From Corallochytrium limacisporum Hawaii (Eukaryota > Protista > Pluriformea): a stretch of DNA of 53,861 nt. The notes under the pieces are model-generated. The model worked only from the letters and a program-made list of their open reading frames with translations. It made no database searches and was not told the DNA's origin. The position numbers and the translations under genes were made by a program. Where the stretch lies: contig PDIP01000090.1 in the NCBI GenBank assembly GCA_002811645.1, forward strand, positions 1 to 53,861, given 5' to 3'. Below, piece after piece: positions 12,490 through 20,925 of this stretch. How positions within the stretch are numbered: the first letter of the stretch is position 1; each line of letters opens with the position of its first letter.

Positions 12490-13434
12490 TCATAGATTTA
12501 CGACAACGCGGTACTCTGCACTCACACGTGGCTCTGCGTGTTTTGGCGGATTGTCCAAACGAAAAGCAGTGTGGAAGACAATGGGAAAGCATTGCTGCTC
12601 CAGCTGCTGTTGCTTTTGCTCGTCTCGAAATCTGTCAAAGTGAACCATCACAATGACCTCGTCAGTGGTCATTTCAGGATAGTAAAACCACTTTTGACGG
12701 TCACTGTACTTTAGTTTGTAGTCCTCCACAGGAAGTCCTGTGTCGGCATAGTTCAGAAGGAGCGATGGAACCACGTCTTCGTCCTTTGTCACAGAGTATT
12801 TAGCCGCCATGGCAAGGGGTGTAGTCAACACGGGCCCTTTCATCGGCAGAATTGGACGCCACAGATCAATTACCATCAATCGCTCCGTGTCCTGTTGGAA
12901 GTCCGGCATGGTTACATCGGGTCCGTAGTATGCCTTCAAAGATCTCTGCAGCTCTGGTAGAGTCTCACAATTATCTGCGTGGACCTCGCTGGCGTACTCT
13001 TCACCCTTCTTTCCACCACGAACGACTAAATAACTGTCTTCGAAATGGACCTGGGCCGAATTTCCAACAAGGTGTTGAATCAATTCGGTTACTTCCTGAC
13101 CGTACACTCGCTTCACCTCGATCTGATTCTTCCACTGGTCAGGTGTCATCGAAGTCTTGTGTGAAAGGAGAACAAAACCGTACTTATTGAAAAATTCGGA
13201 CTTGCTCAGCCCCGACTTTGACTCTTCCTCACGGGCGTCATGGACTGGGATCCTCCGATCCTCCATCTTTCGATACCACTTCCCAGCATTCCACAATCCC
13301 TTTGGGGATAGTGGATTTGACATTATCTTCAAATCCTGTTCAAAGCGCTCGCCTTGCTTAACTTTAACATCCTGGCGCACGAAACCCGGGATCTTGGCAG
13401 TAACCGTACGCGCACTTCCAGCAGCTGCGGCCAT
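12490..13434 (-). CDS. AsaB/CmcJ/NvfI-like Fe(II)/2-oxoglutarate-dependent oxidoreductase
   Basis: GFVLLSHKT, VHAD (HxD), IDLWRPI, PV..TPLA, KWFYYPEMTTDEVIV..FD, HTAF, PRVSAEYR: the ordered motif set of this family. Confidence 0.85.
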   Translation of the reverse strand: MAAAAGSARTVTAKIPGFVRQDVKVKQGERFEQDLKIMSNPLSPKGLWNAGKWYRKMEDRRIPVHDAREEESKSGLSKSEFFNKYGFVLLSHKTSMTPDQWKNQIEVKRVYGQEVTELIQHLVGNSAQVHFEDSYLVVRGGKKGEEYASEVHADNCETLPELQRSLKAYYGPDVTMPDFQQDTERLMVIDLWRPILPMKGPVLTTPLAMAAKYSVTKDEDVVPSLLLNYADTGLPVEDYKLKYSDRQKWFYYPEMTTDEVIVMVHFDRFRDEQKQQQLEQQCFPIVFHTAFRLDNPPKHAEPRVSAEYRVVVNL

Positions 13435-14420
13435 GGTCTGTTTGGACCTAATTCACACTGTCACAAGACTCTGACACACTGAGTGTTCTGTATGGTCGTA
13501 AGCTATGTAATTCGCAGACAACTCCACCACAGTTTGCATTATGTATGTCCGTCCTGTCTTCGCTCAATTCCGATCTATTTCTGCCAGCTTTTAGTACCCG
13601 GAAGGCCAGACCATAACAGCCTGTTTGGCTATCTGCTCACGTAGGGACCCACTCTGTGGGATCGACTGCGGCCCAGGGAAGAAACAGGAGACCTTCCCTC
13701 TCCTACCACAACAGTTACCAAAAAGAATCCTTTGTGAAATAATCGGGAGAAGATGGCTATGAAGATTTTCCACACAGTCAATTTGCCGTTGAAGTGGTGA
13801 TCGTCCATTCGATACTGCGCACTGCGGAGTCTTGGCGATCAGAGATTCCCAACCCCCCAACCCCTTTTCCTTCATTAGGGGCAGGGGTGTCGTGACCAGG
13901 GCAAGCAGGCGTCAAACGATTCCAATGGATTCTGTACCAGTCTCCACCTCATCCTCACACCATATACACTCCTGACGGGGGGGGGCACTGGAATGTTGCC
14001 CCGCAATCAGACTGCAACGGGAATATTTTTTCACCGAAGCTCCATTACCAAAAAGAAAAATCATCTGACTACGATGCCAATAGGTGAGTGACTCAGGCTA
14101 CCTTTCCGTACTGACTAGAAGAGAGGCATCCAACCTACTGGCGACATGGCACACACAGTCATGGGGGATGCAATTAGCAGAAGATTGATTGATTGTACGC
14201 GGCATTCCATTCGGATCTCAGCCGAAATTTTGCGGCCAAAGAGCTCTATAGTAGAAGTATGGTCTATTTTGTTTCTCAAGCCAACAGCACTTCTAGGCTG
14301 CTGGACCATTGGGGGTTGGTGAGGAAGACGATATCAGTGTGATAGAGTACAGGAGACGTGCATGTGGGCATGCTCAAAGCCCCTACTACCATGGATCATA
14401 CTACCTGTCTTGAACTCCCA

Positions 14421-15140
14421 TTAGTCGTCAGTCTGCAATGGTAGTACGGCACCGTTGCATTGCGAATAAATGTATGGGAATACAGTCTTCATGATCGCTC
14501 CCCCATTGTGTGCGCGATCTTCGTGCTGGTAGAATTCACCAACATCAGAGAAGAAGGGATACTCCGCACGACGCACCCGTGCATCGGGAATCCACTGGAT
14601 GAAGTTATCGCCCTTTCCGTTCCATTCTTGTCGACCATACAATGCTATGCCCATCCCCATGTCTTTGCCTTCACGTCGCAATCGCTCCTTCACTGTTCGG
14701 ACCATGCCTTGTGGCACAATGAACGAGTCCAAAGACAGCCATTCTTCATCCAAATATACCTCAGCGTACGAGTGATCCAGCCATTTCGGAATATTCGGCA
14801 CTCCTTCTAGAATGGCTCCATTGATCTCCACAAACCACGGACGAGCAGCGATACCAGCTGCTCGACACAAGGCAACAAAAACTGTGGTCTTTGTCTGACA
14901 GAACCCTTGCTTCAGATTCTCAAGTACCTCGCTGGCTTTGTATAATCCAAACTTGGGACCCCATGCGAATTTGAGCTCATCACGCACATAATCATGAATG
15001 GCAATGGCAAGTTTGGTCCTGTTCCCTGAGTCCTCCTTAAGTGACATTTGAATATCCCCAAGCACATTCTTGACTATTTCGTGATCGCAATCAATGTACT
15101 TGGTAGATGACAGGAACAATGCCGGATCGTCTAATCCCAT
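14421..15140 (-). CDS. Transglutaminase-like (Cys-His-Asp) domain, intact, with its own in-frame ATG
   Basis: FLSSTKYIDCDH, IHDYVRDEL, ASEVL, GFCQTKTTVFVALCRAAGIAAR (Cys), HSYAEVYLDEEWLSLD (His, Asp). ATG at 15140 in aatATGg context. Independent expression is not shown. Confidence 0.6.
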   Translation of the reverse strand: MGLDDPALFLSSTKYIDCDHEIVKNVLGDIQMSLKEDSGNRTKLAIAIHDYVRDELKFAWGPKFGLYKASEVLENLKQGFCQTKTTVFVALCRAAGIAARPWFVEINGAILEGVPNIPKWLDHSYAEVYLDEEWLSLDSFIVPQGMVRTVKERLRREGKDMGMGIALYGRQEWNGKGDNFIQWIPDARVRRAEYPFFSDVGEFYQHEDRAHNGGAIMKTVFPYIYSQCNGAVLPLQTDD

Positions 15141-16321
15141 ATTCCTCTTCGTGACCTCTACAGGGTGCTCGATGTCAATGGCTTGTCCTGGTTTAGGTGC
15201 CACGAATCGGTCCTCTGGCACTTTGTGCTTCAACATGGCCTTCTTCAGGTCAATGACAGGTTGATCAATTCCTTCGTATGTCAATTTGAAAGTACCAAAG
15301 TGCTTTCCAATTGAAAATGGTGATCCCAAATGCTTGTGCGCAATCACAGCTTCCTCTGGGTCAATATGAACAGTCTTCATGAACCATCTAGGCTCATATG
15401 CACCTATGCACCTATGGGAATGAGGGCTGTGGAAAACGGCGCAAATGTCTTGCCCTGCTGTTCAAAATGAGGACTGTAACCAGTGTCACCTGTGAAATAC
15501 AATTTGGTTTTCATTTGCTCAGATTGCACTACGAATGATCCCCATAAGGTCTTCATGTGGTCAAACACACCGCGACCGGAGCGATGTTGGCACTCAACAA
15601 GCCAAACTGTCAGACCTTCCTGTTCCTTAGCACACCCTGCTCGCCGTTGGCCATAGTCCGTGTCCTCGGGGTGCTACCGAAGTACCCGGGTAGACTGGTA
15701 CCAGTCTAGTTCTCGGTACCGTCCTATTCCAAAGGAGGCAAGGCGCTTACCCACTCCTAGCGGCACAATAAACAAGGGCATCTGGCCGTTTCTTCCCTTG
15801 TGAGTTGCGATGTACTTAACCGAGTCCTCATCCAAGTGGTCGTAGTGATCATGAGAAATAATCACAGCATCTATCTCTGGCAGGTCTTCGCGGGCTACGC
15901 CTGGAGCATGTGCCCGCTTCGTGCCAGATGGACCAATCCATTGAAAGGGGGCGCACCTCTCAGAGTAAACAGGATCGCCAAGAATGTTGAAGCCATCCAT
16001 CTGCAACAGGAAGGAGCTGTGATTGATGAAAGTTGCCCGAATTTTGCCATTTCCCGTGATCTCCGCTGAAACATTCTTGGTTTGCACAACTGGTGGCTGC
16101 TTAGGCCACGGGGTCCTTGGATCACCACGTACCAACCTTACGATATCACCTCCCCCAAACTCCGGAGGCTTCTGCGTATTGCTAAAGTAAGTTCCGTTAA
16201 AATGATCAGACTTTGGTCCTCTGTATATCTTACCAACTGAGAGAAGAGAAACCATTGTTGCAGTTGTGCCCGCGGACGCTGACCGGATACTTGAAAGCAA
16301 GCTGATTCCGCGAGAAGACAT
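14421..16321 (-). pseudogene. Disrupted fusion: MBL-fold hydrolase (NAPE-PLD/RomA-like) plus transglutaminase-like domain
   Basis: 16321-15674 has GPKSDHFNG, FINHSSFL, GDPVYSER, SHDHYDHLD, ELDW. The same frame continues past TAG (15674-15676) with QHRSGR, LWGSFV, YFTGDTGY, ALIPIGA. An 8-bp tandem duplication (15398-15413) shifts the frame; removing it gives IGAYEPRWFMKTVHIDPEEA, joining ORF 15380-14421. Confidence 0.85.
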
Positions 16322-16916
16322 TCATATCAAATGGTGTGGGCGACCAAAATGGATCAATTGCTCCATATGGGCTTTCAGTTTGTCAGTTGTCTGACAGACA
16401 TAAGCCCCTCAAAATACCAAGGTACCGTGCTTCCCCGTGGTGTCCATTCAGCAGCAGATACCGTGCGTGGTACTCACAATACTCAAGCGAACGTGATCCG
16501 CTTGCAGTGCGTCATCCATGAAACTCTTAGGGAAAATCGCACCACAGAACTTGTAGACACCGTGTCGAGAACTGTGTCTCATGATACAGGGGCTTGCCCT
16601 TATACTCCAGACCCCCAGATTCAATAGGCCCCAAATGGAAATGAGTTAAAAGTAGCGGGAAAATAGACCCCGAACTATTCTGAACCACTCCAGGGGGTGG
16701 GTTGGGTGGTCGCGCAGACCAGGAACTCACCCCTTGTGGTCGGACGGCAGTGGCTGGGACGCCTTTTCGAGCAGTGCGAATAAAGAAGTTACTTCAATGT
16801 GGAAAACACACTCGTTTACCATATGTTTATTGCAAAATCTGAATGGTCTGGGATTTGACTGCAGATCCATACAATACAGAAATGGGTTCGCCACCTTGAA
16901 ACAGGGGAAGCCAGCG

Positions 16917-19235
16917 ATGGATGGCCAGTTGCAATGCACTCATTGGAAGAACAGCTTGCGGCTAAGCAGCGTTCGCACTGCCATCCAACAGAATAAAGGA
17001 GCTTCCAGTAAATGTCAAGCTCGCATTAGCCCCAAGGCCAAGGCAGAGCTTCACCTTTTGTCGACATGTCACGTGTGCAAGATTCACGCCACAAAAGACC
17101 AGGTCGTCAATCTGTGTCTGGTCTGTGGTACACTGCTGTGTTCAAAGAATGGATGTGCATTAGATCATCAAACCAAGAAAAAGAATCATATTCTCATGCT
17201 AGAAGTGACATACTTGGATGGAATAGCATCGTGCATCTTTACGTGTAGCAAGTGCAATGAGACGATGCCATTGAATGCGAGAACATCTCCTGCGGATTCC
17301 ATTCTCAGTGATCTACTCGATCTGGTCGACAGTGAGGCAAAGAAGCATGAGAAGCGCCTAGCTGTAGCCATAGCTGGACCTGACTTACTCCAAGCGGAAC
17401 TCAGCAGCAAAGGGAAAAATGTTAGCAAAGGTGCCAAACGGGGTAACCTCTACAGGGGTGCTCGCACAAAGCGGCCTTTGGATCTGGCAGCTGGTTTACC
17501 CAGCCACGACCATGTTGAAGATAGCAAAGACATCCAGAGTCAGACTGTGCGCACCGCTGCGTACAAAGGCCACACTGGTCTTGTCAATTTGGGCAATACT
17601 TGCTTCTTCAATTCTTTGATGCAGTCCCTTGGTGCCTTGCGACCAGCTTTACCATCCATCCAAACGGAGATATTGGCGAGTGAGCGTCCATCTGCAGATG
17701 TCACCATGCCCAGTCGGGGCTTCACATCCTTGAAAGATGAGAAAGAGCAGATAGGTGAGTCCGAGGACGTCAACAACTATGACAATTCGAAACACACTCC
17801 TGATGCGAACGAATGCGAGGAGGATGGCCCTTCCGGTGCTTACGACAACGAAATCAATGACGACAGTGATGACGATGAGGAATTTGACAATGGCGCGGAT
17901 TCCCCATCGGAGCATACAGTTACCTACACCTTACATCCCGGACCTGTCACGGCGGATTCAACATTGGCCTTCTTTGAGACTTTGCAGATGTTATGGCGGG
18001 GTGGAATTGTGTCCCATAAACCTCACAGATTACTTGCTCATTTCTGGAGAAGAGCGGGCCACATGATCAAGGGAGAGCAACAGGATGCTCACGAGGCAAT
18101 GATCTTCCTTTTTGACATGCTGAAGAAGGACGATTTACAGACCTACCAGGCATCTTTGCTCAACCAGCGGTATGGATCCGGTGGTGACGAAGGTCAAAGA
18201 GCGGTGATCAACAAGAAATTGTTGGCCAGTTTGGGTGTCTCGGAGAGGCGGGCCATTCGTCACACAGGTTTGCACTTACCAAATTGGATTGATGACACTT
18301 TCGGGTTCTACGCAACAACGAGCATTGCGTGTGCCTCCTGTACTTCTGTTGTCAAGAGGCGCGAGTTACACCTGCACTTATCGCTCCCGCTGCACACAAC
18401 AAGGCAAGGCCCCGCTACATGTCATAAACAAGGAAATCCTTCATCCGTGCCGCCCATTTCGAAACACCAAAGGAAAAAGGCAAGGGCGAAAGCGAAGAGG
18501 CGGAAGGGCCACCGCGATCCTCTACTAAACAATAGTACGGAGGGACCGGTAGCGGGTGCGAACAGAGAAATCGAAGGTTCTGAGGCAGACAAGGCAACTG
18601 AGGTATCGCACAGGTCTCAGACGGATATGGTGGAGACAGAGGATGAAGACGATAGCTGTGATTCCGAAATCACTAATCTCGAGCAAATGCTACCCCAAGC
18701 TTATATCAGTGGTGATGATGGTCGTGGTTCGGTCCCACCCAGCAGCAGCATCCCCGAATTACCTGATCTGATTGGCGCGGCCTTGAGCGACGAGGTCTTG
18801 CAGGGTGGCCATGGTTACAAGTGCGAGAAATGCAATGGTGTCAATGCGTTGCGATCTACTTCGGTAGATCCCACGGTCGTACCCCCAATACTCCTGTTTC
18901 ACATGAAGCGCTTCCAACTGAAAGGTGATCGCTTTGTTAAGAACAATGGGTCAGTTTTTGTGCCTGACTCCCTTTCAAGTTCGGCGCTTCACTCGAATTA
19001 CATTGAGGACAAAGACTTGGCGGGCCCGTATCGACTGAAGGCGATCGTTGAGCACCGTGCACGCACCATGGACAGTGGTCACTACGTGGCGTATGTCCGA
19101 CTGCCGGGCAATCAAGACAGCGATGACGGCCCCGGGCAGTGGGTATACGCTTCGGACGCGGTTACCCATGGCATATCCTTCGAGAAAATGACCAAACAGG
19201 TTCAACCGTATTTGTTGTTCTATGAGCGTGACTAG
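16917..19235 (+). CDS. Ubiquitin-specific protease with zf-UBP domain, USP16/USP45-like
   Basis: N-terminal Cys/His zinc finger (CTH...CHVC...CLVCGTLLC...H...H...CSKC), Cys box GLVNLGNTCFFNSLMQ, QQDAHE, basic HQRKKARAKAKRRK insert, His box VEH...SGHYVAYV, YLLFYER. Start could be ATG 16797 or 16917. Confidence 0.9.
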   Translation: MDGQLQCTHWKNSLRLSSVRTAIQQNKGASSKCQARISPKAKAELHLLSTCHVCKIHATKDQVVNLCLVCGTLLCSKNGCALDHQTKKKNHILMLEVTYLDGIASCIFTCSKCNETMPLNARTSPADSILSDLLDLVDSEAKKHEKRLAVAIAGPDLLQAELSSKGKNVSKGAKRGNLYRGARTKRPLDLAAGLPSHDHVEDSKDIQSQTVRTAAYKGHTGLVNLGNTCFFNSLMQSLGALRPALPSIQTEILASERPSADVTMPSRGFTSLKDEKEQIGESEDVNNYDNSKHTPDANECEEDGPSGAYDNEINDDSDDDEEFDNGADSPSEHTVTYTLHPGPVTADSTLAFFETLQMLWRGGIVSHKPHRLLAHFWRRAGHMIKGEQQDAHEAMIFLFDMLKKDDLQTYQASLLNQRYGSGGDEGQRAVINKKLLASLGVSERRAIRHTGLHLPNWIDDTFGFYATTSIACASCTSVVKRRELHLHLSLPLHTTRQGPATCHKQGNPSSVPPISKHQRKKARAKAKRRKGHRDPLLNNSTEGPVAGANREIEGSEADKATEVSHRSQTDMVETEDEDDSCDSEITNLEQMLPQAYISGDDGRGSVPPSSSIPELPDLIGAALSDEVLQGGHGYKCEKCNGVNALRSTSVDPTVVPPILLFHMKRFQLKGDRFVKNNGSVFVPDSLSSSALHSNYIEDKDLAGPYRLKAIVEHRARTMDSGHYVAYVRLPGNQDSDDGPGQWVYASDAVTHGISFEKMTKQVQPYLLFYERD

Positions 19236-19359
19236 AGACTCTAAAGAATGTCGTATTTGATTTTTTGAAGGACTATCAAGAGATTGTGTTGCGTACAATG
19301 AATGGAAGGATCTACGATATTTGTGTTCATGATTTTCGAATCAACTGGATCGGCATTAG

Positions 19360-20925
19360 TCAGTCTCGGTACTTGTCCATGAACTCTTCGTGGAACTGCT
19401 TGATGTTGCCGATGAAGTCCTTGAAAGTCTCCTCAGGAGGCAGGAACGTGCACCGCAAATGATAGGTGCCCTCCTCCTGCTTGAACCCGGTACCGCTTAC
19501 CGTACACACGCCAGTGTTCTTCAGCAATTCTAGGCAGTACAAGGTATCCGGAGCCTTGCCCTGGCGATCTGCCTCCTCGATGGCTTTCTGAGGCAGCTTA
19601 ATCTTGGGGAATGTATACATAGCACCCGCACTGCGCTGGCAGCTCATGCCCTCAAGCGAGTTGAAAGTCTCCACCAATAATTCAGCACGACGCTTCAGGC
19701 TGGTCAAGATAGCGTCACGCTCCTGTGAGTACAGCTCAAAACTGGCGTCACCAGCCTTCGGTGGGTTAACCAGCACCTCTGTCATGATCTGACCCGGAAT
19801 GTTACTGCAGAGTGCCACACTCGCCGCTTTGTAGAATACACCCATAGTCTCCTCGCTCACATTGCAGAACTCCATATAGCCACCACGTGCACCACACTCG
19901 CCGATGAAACCCTTGGACGTGGAGTGGAAGCTGACGCATTCAACTTCAGAGTCCATGTCCCTGATAACCTTCTTGAAGCTCACGAAGGGGAACTCCTCGG
20001 GGTAGTAGATGTTGTCCTGGTACACTTCGTCGGCCATGATCAAAATACCACGCTCGGCGCACAGATTTACAATCTCCTCCATCTGGCTCCGCTTCAGACA
20101 CCCTCCAGTGGGATTGCCCGGGTTGATAATGGCCAGAGCACGAACGTCGACGCCATTGGCCTTCGCTTCGTCATGGGCGTTCTTAATGGATTCAAGGTTG
20201 GTGGCCCACCCATTCTCCTCATCCAGGTAGTACGGCACAGCAGTGCCACCCAGAAGAGTCAGAGTAGCGGAATAGAGCGGGTACTGAGGAATGGGGATCA
20301 TAACCCCCACCTGCGCATTCTGAATAACGGCCTGGCACACAGTGTTCACACCCGAACTTGCACCGTTGGTCAGATAGATGTGTTCCTGGTCGGACGGATA
20401 GCCATCGCGCTCCTCAATATACTTTGCGACACTCTTGCGAATTATAGCGTGTCCCTTAGAGTTTGAGTAGGCACCGGCACTGCCGATGCTGTTTATCAGA
20501 GTCCGTGCACGTTCAATAGCATCGGGAGCGAAGAGTTTCTTGGTAGTTTCCAACCGGTCAGGGTCCTGGAATAGATCCGGGAACTGGCACAGGGACATGA
20601 CCTCACGGAAGAAGGTAATGGGCTTTTGGCCGACCTGTTGCGGGTTGCCGATGTTGCAGCGGACTACCTGCTTGAAAGGCAGTTGTTCACCCTTCTCCAC
20701 TCTCTCTGCGAGATCTTCTGCGGTGATGGCAATCTCACCACGCACTGCGTATTCCATCTCCAACAACCTCTTGTTCAGGTTCTCCACAGCCAGCACCTCG
20801 CGGGCCGGCTTGGCCGCCTTCAAACTCTGCTGAACCATGATTGTACGACGAAAGCGCTCGACGATCTCCCCACGGGAATTGCTTCGTAGACCGGAGACAG
20901 AGCGTCTACCAAACAGGGAAAGCAT
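19360..20925 (-). CDS. GPT: Alanine aminotransferase (PLP-dependent) with putative mitochondrial presequence
   Basis: EYAVRG, CNIGNPQ, GAYSNSKG, PIPQYPLYSA, INPGNPTG, ADEVYQDN, SFHSTSKGFIGECGARGGY (PLP lysine). First ATG 20925, second 20838. Confidence 0.96.
   Translation of the reverse strand: MLSLFGRRSVSGLRSNSRGEIVERFRRTIMVQQSLKAAKPAREVLAVENLNKRLLEMEYAVRGEIAITAEDLAERVEKGEQLPFKQVVRCNIGNPQQVGQKPITFFREVMSLCQFPDLFQDPDRLETTKKLFAPDAIERARTLINSIGSAGAYSNSKGHAIIRKSVAKYIEERDGYPSDQEHIYLTNGASSGVNTVCQAVIQNAQVGVMIPIPQYPLYSATLTLLGGTAVPYYLDEENGWATNLESIKNAHDEAKANGVDVRALAIINPGNPTGGCLKRSQMEEIVNLCAERGILIMADEVYQDNIYYPEEFPFVSFKKVIRDMDSEVECVSFHSTSKGFIGECGARGGYMEFCNVSEETMGVFYKAASVALCSNIPGQIMTEVLVNPPKAGDASFELYSQERDAILTSLKRRAELLVETFNSLEGMSCQRSAGAMYTFPKIKLPQKAIEEADRQGKAPDTLYCLELLKNTGVCTVSGTGFKQEEGTYHLRCTFLPPEETFKDFIGNIKQFHEEFMDKYRD

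Noticed and set aside
15674-15676. TAG reassignment or a variant genetic code
   Set aside because: TAG, TAA and TGA all end conserved genes at expected positions here (SAC1, UBR7 and USP TAG; BRE1 TGA; JAGN1 TAA).
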